A stretch of DNA of 64,000 nucleotides from Chrysomallon squamiferum (taxonomy: Eukaryota; Animalia; Mollusca), in contig CM022669.1 of the NCBI GenBank assembly GCA_012295275.1, positions 3,348,001-3,412,000 on the forward strand. Direction: 5' to 3'. This document shows positions 1 through 12,965 of the stretch, piece after piece (within the stretch, counting starts at the first letter, position 1; every line of letters begins with the position of its first letter). Below the pieces are notes generated by a model that was not told the origin of the DNA, ran no database searches, and worked only from the letters and a program-made list of their open reading frames with translations. A program made the position numbers and the translations under genes.

Positions 1-112
1 TAGTGCCTTTATAAATCAAACACGTAACAGTATTCAGTATACACAAATATTCACACACGTATATAAATATTAATATTAGCTACGTTCAAACATAAAACAA
101 GTAAAAACTTAC

Positions 113-387
113 TTTATCCTGCTGCTGCTGAATCTGCTTCATAAGTATGCTCCTCTTCTTGTCCTTGCACCGTTTATTTTGAAACCACACCCTAATGACC
201 CGCGGGGACAGGTTGGTCATCTCTACTAACTGTTCTTTCATCAACGCGTCCGGCCTGGGGTTAGCGTTATAACACGTCCTCAGAGTGTGTAACTGTTTTT
301 CGTTCAGCACTGTGCGAACACGCGTCGTTTTGTGATCCGATTTATGAAGACTTGGTCGCGTTTTCGTACCGGCCTGTTCAGCCCTCC
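113..387 (-). CDS. Isl: Islet coding exon 4, homeodomain
   Basis: Encodes [60 protein letters not shown], the Islet-type homeodomain. Acceptor TTTTGAAG| (phase 1) with branch-point-like TACTCAC at 417-411; donor AAA|GTAAGT (phase 0). The gene continues left of position 1. Confidence 0.97.
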
Positions 388-430
388 CTTCAAAACAAAT
401 ACAAGTACATGTGAGTATGTGATGTACGTT

Positions 431-937
431 CATACATACATACATACAAACATACACACACACACATACATTCATACATACATACACACACACACACATA
501 CATACATACATACATACATACATACATACATACATACATACACACACATACATACATACATACATACACACACACACATACATACATACATACACACACA
601 TACATACATACATACACACATACACACATACATACATACATACATACATACATACATACATACATACATACATACACACATACATACATACATACACACA
701 TACATACACACACATACATACACACACATACATACATACATACATACATATATACATACACACATACATACATACATAATACATACTTCATACATAATAC
801 ATACAAATACATATATGAATACATGCACACATTCATACATACATACATACATATATATATATATATACACACATATACATACATACATACATAGTCATAT
901 ACACACATACACATATATATATATATATATATACATA
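431..937. repeat. Compound (TACA)n/(CA)n/(TA)n microsatellite
   Basis: Directly visible. Source of the spurious YVCM/HTYI ORFs. Confidence 0.95.
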
Positions 938-1271
938 TTTAAAATCATATATATATAGAATAAATAAAAAATATTTCAATAACATATAAAAATGAAAAGA
1001 ACCAAATTATAAAGTATGAAGAAAATGTTTGAATAAAGAAAAAACATTTAAAAAAATATGTTGTAAAATGCAATTAAATATCTAAAAATAAATATTTCGA
1101 AAATATATAATGTGTAGTAAACTTTAAATAGATATCTAAATATTTAATATAATAATAGATTTGATCATACATAATTAATCTTTAGAAGATATGTAATAAA
1201 AGAAAATTTCAAACGAATATCTATAAACTACTAAATATCAAGTCTGAGAAGACAAAACAATATACAAAATA

Positions 1272-1322
<51 letters not shown>

Positions 1323-2620
1323 AGTATGAAGTAAAACTGGTTGCACAAAACCATAATAAAATTTCTGAATATTCTAAATTTTCTTGATATATTACATAAA
1401 TTAAATTTGAATAAATTATTTATAAAAATACATAATGTAAATAAAAAGTAATAATAATGAAATTTAAAAAGTAAAAAAAAAAAAAAAAAAGTAAATAAAA
1501 TCCCTGTCGATGAAATAAACGCTTAGAATTTGTTTAATATATATATAAAAAATTAATGTTATAAATAAACGAGATAAAGTTTAGAAAATATAAAATATAA
1601 AATATACTGTATAAATTTTAAATAAATTTGGCTTTTTAAATAGATTTAAAAATATTTATAAAACACAGATAATGCATGCATTTTGTTGTTATGCTTGTTT
1701 TGTTGATCAAATATATTTTGAGGAAACTGAAGATTTTGTGTGGCTGATAAGATACGTTTATTTATTTATTTGTATATTTTTTTTTTTTTTTTTTTTTTTT
1801 TTAAATGTTTGTTTAAATGTTGTTTATTAAATACTTTATTTTTCATTCATATGTTCATTCACCCTGAAGACAATTTTATATTAACAATCATTTTAAATAA
1901 ATAATTAAATAAATAAATAAATATATAAATTGCGGTTGATAATAATGTAATACAACCATTCTATGTTATACAAGCAGTTACAAAAGACTGATATATAAGG
2001 GTCACACGCAACACGTAAGAAAAACCTAACAAAAATAACCGCTCTGTAATTACTACATACGACACAACATACATGAAATACTAACAACCTCCGCTATTCA
2101 TAAGTAGAAGAAAACACTTCTTTTTTTTTTTTTTTTTCAATACACAACGCACTTTACATGTAAATGGATATACATCGCTTATTCATTATGGCAAAGTTGA
2201 GTCTAGTTTTGTGAGAAAAATGAAATAGACTTGTAGAACGTCGTGTAAAGAGTTTGTTAACAAATATGTTTGATCATTCAGCTTGTGATTTGCTGGTTAA
2301 GTACGCGGAACAGAATAAAAAATAAACACACGTAAAGCAAAACGTAGAAGTTAAATAAAATGAAATGAAATAAATAGATACTAAGATAAATAAATAAATT
2401 AGATAAATAGAACGACAGATGGAAAATAAATAAATAAATAGAAAGATGGATAAAGTGAGTTAAATAAATAAATAAATATAAAAATAGATAACTAGATAGA
2501 TAGATAGATAGATAGATAAATAAATAAATGAACAAGCAAACAAAAATATAAAAAAATATAAAATAAAAATATTTAGCTGTAATAAGACGTTGTTATTTAG
2601 TAATACTCTTTTAAAAATAA

Positions 2621-2680
<60 letters not shown>

Positions 2681-3518
2681 TTGTGTGTTGTATGAAAAAA
2701 GAGTTTTGCTGGTTAATTAAACTATTAAATGTTGCCTACGTCGTTGTACTGCACAGTGATAGAGACTACCAACACTTCTGGTGAAGCAAAACTCTCATAC
2801 TGGCGAAAGCGATGATGATGACATTAGAAATATTTTCTAATATGGCCGTAATTTAAATCATTTAACTAAGCTATTGACTAGAAAAAATGGAAATGTTTAG
2901 CTGGAGTAATGTTAAATTTAATAATGTGTAGTAGTTTATTTTTAACTCTAAATAATACATGGTATTGTTACAACTATGAATAAACGATGTTATCGATATT
3001 TAGGCATTTTCGTTTAAAATTGCTAAAATCGGGCAAAACAGGGCTGATTACCCCCGCCCTGCAAAATCGTTAGTGTGAACGTTTACGTATGTTCCGGGCG
3101 TTTGACGTCATCCAGAAGACGCTACGTAATATATTACGTTTTTAATGCAATTTTCATAACAACAATCTACAATACGCAATTTTTGTTGATATTTAGTGTC
3201 TAATCCTTTACTCAGCAAATGCTAAAATGTGAAATATAAATAAAACGAAACGAACAAAGAGCTACGGTGAGTTATTACAGGAGACAAATAAATGTGTTGT
3301 TTTGTGATCCGCGGGCAGGGGACTAAGCCGGAGAAACCATCCAGATAGAGTTACCGTGGATTTGAAGTGACTGGATTAGCGAGAGATAATCCTAAACATA
3401 AATTTTGTGGTTTTCAGTTTGCACTGTGTGACCGACAATAAAACAGTAAAGTGAGGAGAATATTTACAAGAAAATAAATAATAAATAAATATAAAATAGG
3501 CATGTATTTTGTGAAACT

Positions 3519-3616
<98 letters not shown>

Positions 3617-5079
3617 CATACACACATACATATAAACAAAATACTGTCTCTGTTTCAGTCTTTCTGTATCGCTCTCTCAGTTTCTGTTCATAATTCTTAC
3701 TCAACACACACAAACATCATACATATTAATATGTTCATACAAATATAACTCTGTTACATAATACAGACACAGTTAAGCAAAGCTCTAATGCTATAACCAA
3801 CAAGTTAATACAAATAAATATTACACTTATGATGAAACGATTTTCTTTTTAATAAACTGGAACAGTAATTCATTTTAGCCTAGGACATGACAGCACATCG
3901 AGGGATTCCATAGCAGGCAATGTTGTTATTTTCGGTTCTTAAAATAAGCCGTCGTGAAATCAAATGCCAATGTTTATAAACCCGATTACGTGTGTGTACG
4001 AGGGGAGTAGACGGGGTGTTTCGGCCAGCAGAGTTCATTAGGAGTATCGAGTTGCAGAAAGACCACAGGGGCCTGGCGGTCCAATTGACGCGCGTCTGAT
4101 GGCCGAACGATGAGTCCTGATTTCCCGCCAGAAGCAGAAAGCCATAGGTTACGTGTCTGGCCATCGTCAGAGCCGAGAGTATCTTCACAAGCTCTATTCA
4201 CTGCCGTTTATCAATTATCTCTTAGGAAAATATCAAAAGTTATTTCCTTGTGATCATTTACCAATTGCCGTCCCATGTGGGATTCGTGAAAGGGTCTGTG
4301 AGATTCCCAGTTATTCGGCCTCACGACTCCTCCTGTCAGCAAATCCCGGGAGGCCGTATTAATAAGAAATTTTCTCACGAAGAACACACAGAAATCAGCG
4401 CGAGACATGCGCGTGCCACACAGACTAGCGAAATATTGCAAGTTCTGAAAAGATCTAGAACATGGAACACGCAAACATTTCCATCGAAGACCACGATTGT
4501 TTTAATTTATTTTTATTATTTTTTTATTTTTTGAGGGTCACTGATAACATGAATTAATTCAGAAATTAAAGTCTGGTTGTTTCAGTTTTTAGAATGATTG
4601 TACAGGCCTCAGACCATCACGCACAGGCCAGGATCCGATAACTTTATTGTTTAACGCCATTCGCTTCAAAATATGCCATAAAATTATCTGCGAAGCCAAG
4701 AAGACATGAGAACCGTTAACCCTATTAGAATTAATAAACGTAGCTGCGAGGGAATCGAGTGGAATTTATTCAATTGCAGATAGCTTAACAAGCAGAATTC
4801 GTTTGACAAAGAGCGCTCGATGCCGCGAACAGAAACGTGTTTGTGGGCCACTTAACACGCGGCTTGCGGCGAGGCGTTCGCGACGTTTTTCATGGTATAA
4901 CGCATTTTGTTATCTAATCAACACTGTCCACACAAACATACACTTCATAAGGCAGCCGCACGCACCTCGGTGATTGCAGCACAAGCAGGCGGCGATAACG
5001 AAATTACTCTGAAAATTTCATCAATTAGCAGAGCGAGGCTGTCAGGTTGATGACTTATTTGTTGTAAACACAAACTTAC

Positions 5080-5416
5080 CTGCAAGCTGAAGACCGCCAC
5101 CGCTCTTTTGATCACTGCCGCTGTTTTTGTTGTTATTGTTTGTGTTGTTGTTGTTGTTGTTATTGTTGTTGTTGTTGTTGCTACTGACGGGACTGGCAGG
5201 TTCGGAACACGGCCCGCCTGCCATTTCGACTACGTCGTGGTCAGCTTTGCAGAAGAGACCATCGTCCCTCAGCGCGAACTCGTCCCCGGAATGAGCTGCC
5301 GGCTGCAGGCCACGCAGCGGAAACAGTCTATGTGATAAATCTTGTTTTTAGCTCTCATCACAAAGTCGTTTTTACAAAATCCCTGTCCGCACTTCGTACA
5401 CTTTGTTCCAAACAAT
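5080..5416 (-). CDS. Isl: Islet coding exon 3, LIM domain 2 plus poly-Asn linker (apparent 1-nt frameshift near 5286)
   Basis: Acceptor TTTTTCAG|, donor GCAG|GTAAGT. Translates [44 protein letters not shown], then after the frame change [36 protein letters not shown]12[21 protein letters not shown]. Its 337 nt is one short of what the flanking phases require. Confidence 0.93.
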
Positions 5417-5648
5417 CTGAAAAACAAAACAATAAATTAAATAAAAGTGTTCCTATGTCAGTGTTGAGTATTACAAACAACAAACACGTACATATAAACA
5501 CATACGCAAACACACACACACACACACACACAGCAGTTCAGTAATACCATAACAGATTAAGTTGATTTTTGATGAATTTAACTACTGCAGTGTCAGTAGT
5601 AAAACTTATAATTAAAGTCATCTTAGAAATTTGTATGTGTATTTACTC

Positions 5649-5684
<36 letters not shown>

Positions 5685-5686
5685 TA

Positions 5687-5774
<88 letters not shown>

Positions 5775-5987
5775 ATTACTATCATTATTATTATTTTGAC
5801 TGCTATTATTAAATGTAGGATACACTACGTTGGGTCATCTTTCTAATACATTATAAAATTCTTAAAATGAAAGAATTTTTTTTAACCCCTAAATGGATTA
5901 TACATAACAAAGTTATTTTAGTCTAAGAACAAATGTTAATGACAGAACATCTAATTTAATATACCTTAGATCATTACTGTGTCTCAT

Positions 5988-6075
<88 letters not shown>
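5649..6075. repeat. (ATT)n/(GTT)n and (AAT)n/(GAT)n microsatellites
   Basis: Trinucleotide tracts at about 5649-5795 and 5988-6075. Confidence 0.9.
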
Positions 6076-6204
6076 CAATCATGACGAATTTGTACAGATG
6101 AATAAATATTAATTTTAAAAGAGCGCGTGCGTTTGTTAGGAGAAAGAGAAAGAGAAAAACAGAGAACTAAATGACATTCATAATCAGCATAAAATATTTT
6201 ATAC

Positions 6205-6252
<48 letters not shown>

Positions 6253-7170
6253 TTTTTTTTTCTTCTAAAAATACAAATAAAGTACAAATAAATATGGAGA
6301 TTAAATTATTACGTTTCATCATAGTGTTTCTGTTCCTAAAGTTGAAAACTAAGACTGCTAGAAAGTCACAAATATTATTATGATTGTTGCTTTTCATTTA
6401 CTGTACATCAAAAAAAATATTTCTTCAATTTTAAAACAGGAACTGAATTTAACACAAAAATTCAAAGATAATCCAAACTTTTATCTCGCATTTATATTTC
6501 ACTTGAATCTCGCTGTGAAGTGTTATTTAAAAAAACTATAAATTAGGAAGACATTCTGTTTTTTTTTCGGTCGTCCGGTATCTTTATTATAGCATATTTC
6601 TCTAGGACGCTTCGCTATAAATAATATAATATTTTATCATAGCGCTTTAACATTTTCAGTGTATTGTCAAACACGCTCAATCTCCTTGACATTTTTAAAA
6701 CAACAATAGAAGAATATTGACAAAGAATCGCAGACATTGTTGGAAAGCACGACTTATTTCTGTTGGGCTCATTCTTTGTTTAATGATAAAGTCGCGCAAA
6801 ATCGATGTCCCAGCTTCCAAATAGACATCAACAGTCGTTTGTCATCGAACCGTGTGGGACAGCTCGATTTTGTTCAACGTTAACGTAATGGCGATGTTGG
6901 CTTCAGTTACAAAGCAATTATTAGGTTTATCAAATATAAATGAATAAGATACACGTTTACCGATCTGCTTTTTGTCCGGATAGATATATATATATATATA
7001 TACGTTTTTTTTTCTGTAAGTTTTAATTTTTATCTTTTTTTTTTGTATCGAACTATGTTGTGAATTAAAATAATGATTAATAATGACTTAATTGGTAATG
7101 GATTTTGTAAAAAATAATAATAATTAAATAATAATAATAATAATAATTTAATAATAATAATAATAATAAT

Positions 7171-7226
<56 letters not shown>

Positions 7227-8052
7227 TATTATTATTATTATTATAGTAATAATTTTAGTAATCATAATAATAATAATAATACACTAGTAGTGGTAATGGT
7301 AACAGAAACGAAAATAACGTATTGAATATTAACTGACGGTTTAATATTATCACAAAGGGTTTATTATATTTATTGTACTGAATATGGCGTGAAAAGCAAC
7401 GTCTAATAAAAACAAATAAAATAACACATTTGTATTAGACCCGTCAGTCCAGTTAAATAAACATTACAATAATAAATCATGGAGAAAAAAAAATATCGCA
7501 TGTTAGAACAGAGATATATCGATTTCCAAGAAATCGTTTGAAATGCGATACACCAGTAAAGGAATGTCGATAAAATCGATCTCACTGTTTAAGAAGGCAA
7601 GAACTGAAAGTGGTTATATGAGGACCCAAGTCAAAATACAATGCTTTCGTCTGTGAAAATTACACGTTGTACTAACGTTAATAGACGGAATCAACAGAAA
7701 AATGAATACAGAAAATTGACAATTTATGGTATGACAGACAAAACGATATTCCATTGCTTTTGTTTTATACAGTAATTATTTGTTAGATTTCTTATTTAAT
7801 AATCATATATTTTTGATTATAAGTAAGTAAATAAATGAATAAATAAAAAATGAATGAATAAAAATATATCAGTAGGTAAATAAGTACGTAAGTAAATAAA
7901 TAAATAAATAAATAAATAAATGAAATGAAATAAAATGAATGAAGGAATGAACAGAAAAAAGAATGACTGAATAAATAAAATACATTTCATATACATTTTG
8001 TTCGATTCTGAGTATAAAAGTACATGTGTATGTTTGTTTATCTACGTATTGC

Positions 8053-8095
<43 letters not shown>

Positions 8096-8650
8096 ATATA
8101 TGTAAATCAACAATAAAATATTGTAATATCGGTTGAAACGTCACAAATTACATCAACATGTCTAACATATATAATATAAATAATTCACAAACACTGATAT
8201 ATATATATTTATATATATCCAAGATATTCTTGATTATTCGATCTCAATTCACAACGGGATAGGACAGACAAAAATGTATTAAATTTCGTTCAACTTTTCG
8301 AAGGAATATTTTAGAAAACTTCTTTTTTAAATTAGTTTTTATTCAAATCCTTCTTCCGCTCTATCATCCGTGTTAAATACAATATCGCTTTAAAGACTTA
8401 ACAGTCGATATAACATTAATTAGTTCAGATCACAAATTAGAATTTTAAGCCTCGTAAAAAGATATACGATATCAATGCAGCAATTGTGTTGATTTTATTT
8501 TAATATATGTAGATGAGCATAAAGTTGTATTTATGGTAATATTAATATACATGATCTTAATTTCAATTCGTTCCTTTAGTTATTAACGCTTGCTACGAAA
8601 TTATACTGAGAAATCAAATAAGAACAATAAGTTATGAATGAATGAATGAA

Positions 8651-8685
<35 letters not shown>

Positions 8686-9162
8686 AGAGGTTAATAATAT
8701 AGTTACAATCATTATCATCAATATCACCATTATCATCATCATTATTTTTGTTATTGTTGTTATTATTATTATTATCATCATCATCATCATCATCATCAAT
8801 ATCATCATCATCATTATGATTATTGTTATTATTGTTGTTTTTGGTGTTGTTTTGTTGTTCCGCTTTTTCATTATTCGTATCATATCCTTTTGTTGTTATT
8901 GTTTTCGTTGTTGTCATTGTTTTCTAGCTTCTTAATATGTTTAGGTCAATAATCGGTTAAAAAGGAAATGAGTTATTAAAATCAATAATTGCAATTATTA
9001 TAATTTAATTCTTGTTTATATCTACTGTTAGTGCATGTTGTTTACAGTGTTATTAAAACTATTAACAGTTCTGTGATAAATTCAGTATTAAAAGTCAGTT
9101 ATGTATTATTTATTTATTTATTTATTATATAATTGTATCGAAGAAAAAAGTATTTTACACTG

Positions 9163-9222
<60 letters not shown>

Positions 9223-9668
9223 GACCGACATTTAACATGGCATAATTTACCAAGTATTTATATTTTTTTTATATCATTCGTAAGAGTTTAACGCATAAAC
9301 ATGAAGAACTAGAGAACATTGTAACATTTATTTTTCCTGGTTCTTTTATTTATTTTAAAGGTTTTAAGTTTTAAATTTTGATATTTTAAATGTTCTTGTT
9401 TTTTCTTTTAAGGATAATTAATTAAAATAATAATAATAATAATAATATAAAATAAAGATTCTAATTATTAAATTAAAAATTGTATATATATATATATATA
9501 AAAATATTTTCATTTCGCATTTAAAAAAAAAAGATAATAATGAAAAAATATATTTAAAAAAATACATTTATATTTAAACTTTTATTTTAAAAACTGAACT
9601 GACAATTTATTTATCTATCTATCTATCTATCTATTTCATAATATTTTATGGTTATTTATCAATAAAAA

Positions 9669-9734
9669 ATTTCGAAAATTCAATTTCTAACCGATATATA
9701 TATATATATCGGTTAGAAATTGAATTTTCGAAAT
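9669..9734. repeat. Perfect 66-bp palindrome in Islet intron 2
   Basis: ATTTCGAAAATTCAATTTCTAACCG-(AT)8-CGGTTAGAAATTGAATTTTCGAAAT is its own reverse complement. Confidence 0.95.
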
Positions 9735-10361
9735 ATATATATATATATATATATATTTTAAAAAAAAAATCAATTTCTTACCGATATATATATATATATA
9801 ATAATAAATAAATAAATAATTTTATAATAATATTTGTAATCGGTCTGTATTGTAACAAATATTAATTCAAAAAGAAAAATGATAAATGCGCAGAAAATTA
9901 AATCACGACATTATTTTCCACCAGAGAAATATAAAAGCACGGATTTCTTTCAGAACAAATGAAAATATTTACCTAGGGCTAACTGGTAATAAAACCAGCA
10001 CGCGACCAAACCCGCTATAATTGTATTATATTATTTCGATTATCGAAAATCCGGTGTAGTGTAATTAATTACAATATAGACGTTTAAACAAATTCATATC
10101 ACTTGGTCGACAAGTCAAATAAAACGTTTTCTTCTGAGAAAATAAGAGATTATGTTTTTATTTACCTTCTGGATGATTCTAAAGGAATATTTAATTATAA
10201 GGGTAGGTATATTTTAAAATATATATCTTATTGCAAATATAATATGGCAGTTTGAAGATATAAAATTAGAAGAAAAAGTAAAGGTTAAAAAAAAAGATAA
10301 AAAATATTAAAATAAAAAGTAATGACAAAAAAAAAAAAAAAAAGGTACTGGAATATGTTTC

Positions 10362-10400
<39 letters not shown>

Positions 10401-11125
10401 TATTATTATCATCATAGTCATCATCATCATCAATATTATCATAATTTAGATACAGAAAGTATTAAAACATATAAAGACATACAATAAATGATTTTTCTTA
10501 AAATTCGTATTTATTTTACGTTCACGTCCCGTGTTGACGACTGGGAGTTATATTAAAAATGTACCCTTATCAGTGAGCCGAAACGAAATGAGAATATAAT
10601 AGTGTTAGTACAATATAAACACGGATAATTGGCCGACAATAGATTCTTAATAATCACTAACATTTTCAGTTTATAAAGCGTTCTTATTTGCACCCTCGTC
10701 ATGAACTTCGCCTGCTACTACCGACTTAATCAAAGAATGGAAACCCGTCTGCTTTAGCCGCCCGCTCGAGAGCTCGCGCATTTAGCACGAGCGAGATTTT
10801 CTTTTGAGCGCGAACCTGCGTCCCTCGCTACGACCGGCAGATGTGACGAGTGAGGCATGGCAACCACTCGACGGAGATTACAAACAAACCAAACCCGAGT
10901 TTTAAGGCGTCAACACTTGACAATTTCGCGGGGTCAAACCCGGGTAGGTTTTTGTGAAAAATCACTCATCATAAAAATCTTTTTTTTCTCCCCAAAAACC
11001 GAAAGTTTCTTTATACTAGACCCGTCCCTTAAAAACCCAGACACACACAACAAACAAAAAAAAAAAAAAAAAAAAAAAATGCAGCGGTTTTTAGATCAAA
11101 CGAGGACAGTTTGGGAACGAGAAAG

Positions 11126-11162
<37 letters not shown>

Positions 11163-11477
11163 TCATAAAAGTCGCACGGAATTATAGTAATAGAGAAGAA
11201 TACCTCGGTATCACTTATCTTCAAAATGTTTTATGTTTTCATCTTGCTGTGATATGCTATTTTATTCATTTATGAGAATATCGAGTTTCATTTGAAGTTT
11301 ACTCCCATAGTCCTTATATATTTTGTTACTTTATTTATTATCATATTTATGCAAATAAAGGACCAATATAACACTAACAGTAGTCCATATAAAATTATTG
11401 AATAATAATAATAATAATAATATTAAAAAAATAACAACAATAACAATAACAACAACAAAAATAATAATAACAATAAC

Positions 11478-11521
<44 letters not shown>

Positions 11522-11680
11522 TAATAATAATAATAATCATCATCATCATCATACCCATACCGACATGTATTCTATACATTAAAATATACACACACACACA
11601 CATACATACATACATACATACTTACATACTTACATACTTACAAACATTTTTAGAAACATGTATAATAGTGTTCATCCTAC

Positions 11681-11870
11681 CTGACATAATCGCGTTTACA
11701 GTAAGTTTTTCCATCGCGCACGAAACACGTGCACGATTCGTCCAAATACTGGTTGCAGTCTGCACATTTGAGGCAGCCCGCGTGCCACTCCAAGTCTGGA
11801 GCCACACGAAGTATAAACTGGTCCTGAATCTGAGAACCGCAGCCCACACACACGGAGACCCGCCGTTTTT
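11681..11870 (-). CDS. Isl: Islet coding exon 2, LIM domain 1
   Basis: 190-nt exon between acceptor TTTCAG| and donor AG|GTAGGA. Translates [63 protein letters not shown], the Islet LIM1 zinc-finger pattern. The ORF track missed this frame. Confidence 0.97.
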
Positions 11871-11924
11871 CTGAAAGTTTTTAAAAGTAATTGCATTAAT
11901 ATTCCAGTAAGATATACTTATTAT

Positions 11925-11940
<16 letters not shown>

Positions 11941-11991
<51 letters not shown>

Positions 11992-12113
11992 GTGCGCGTG
12001 TGTGTGTTTTCTTACATATATATATATAAGAAGAATAAAAAAAGTCGGAAATCCCGAGAAAGATGAATTAGTTACATATTGTTGTGTACTGGATATAAAA
12101 TGAATGTGAAGCA

Positions 12114-12190
<77 letters not shown>
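11941..12190. repeat. (TG)n and (AG)n microsatellites in intron 1
   Basis: (TG)n at 11941-12006 and (AG)n at about 12117-12190. Confidence 0.95.
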
Positions 12191-12196
<6 letters not shown>

Positions 12197-12683
12197 TATT
12201 TAATTTAACATGTACATATATATCAAAAACAAATGTTACGTCTTAGTATATACATACATATATACATACACACACAGATATATACTTATATGATAATATA
12301 ATATTATTATTATTTATATTCCCTATACTACTTATATGACATAATGCAATATATAAAAAATGTATGTATATATATATATCTAAAAACATATAACATGACT
12401 GTGATTATCTGTCGCAGCTGATAGCACCATCCCGGCGGTATTCTAGACAAACGTCAGTGAAGCAAAGCAAATATTGTAAATAATAATTATATCGCACAAG
12501 CCAAATTAACAAACGTAATTATAATCAGATATCATAATAAATAATTGTCGTGCATTGACTGTCATGTAAAATAATATGACACCGGTGTAATAACAAGGCT
12601 ACGTATAATATGGAGTTATAATAATAAAACTATATTTATACATGTTTAACGGTAAAAGTGCTTTTCACGAGTTAGTTACTTAC

Positions 12684-12708
12684 TGGCCGGCTGTGGCTCC
12701 GCTGCCAT
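12684..12708 (-). CDS. Isl: Islet LIM-homeobox gene, coding exon 1 (MAAEPQPA-K)
   Basis: Minus strand reads GAG ATG GCA GCG GAG CCA CAG CCG GCC A|GTAAGT. Strong Kozak context, an in-frame TGA upstream and a canonical donor. Phase 1 matches the acceptor of the LIM1 exon, and promoter motifs lie about 200 bp upstream. Confidence 0.8.
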
Positions 12709-12894
12709 CTCTTCGGCTTTTGATGGCGAAATTTTGACAGATTTTCGTCACGGACGCACGTGCAAAAATGAGAATATTTTTCACGAACAAATACACTCTA
12801 GTCTTCCTTTACCGACTACCACCCGGACATGAAAACTCGTGAAGAAATGATAACAGAAAAATACCTCTATCAATTCCACATCATGAGAATGGCA

Positions 12895-12965
12895 ACGCGA
12901 TTGGCTGTCAGTCGAGAATAGCCGCACTCACGTGACTCGTGCTCGTCTTTGAAAGGGGCGGAGCT
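12895..12965 (-). promoter_or_regulatory. Proximal promoter of Islet (CCAAT box, TALE site, E-box, GC box)
   Basis: Minus-strand CTGACAGCCAATC at 12911-12899, TCACGTGA at 12928-12935 and GGGGCGGAGC at 12955-12964. All cluster 190-260 bp upstream of the ATG in a CpG-rich stretch. Confidence 0.7.

Noticed and set aside
86-784. 232-aa ORF as a single-exon homeobox protein
   Set aside because: The N-terminal YVCM repeats are intronic microsatellite. Only 387-113 is exon.
5269-5292. Programmed ribosomal frameshift or RNA editing as the explanation for the LIM2 indel
   Set aside because: No slippery heptamer and no precedent in Islet genes that I know of. A sequencing error is far more parsimonious.
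5108-5335. Plus-strand 75-aa ORF
   Set aside because: Antisense shadow of Islet exon 3.
11622-11896. Track ORFs overlapping LIM1
   Set aside because: They are alternative or antisense frames of the real LIM1 exon.
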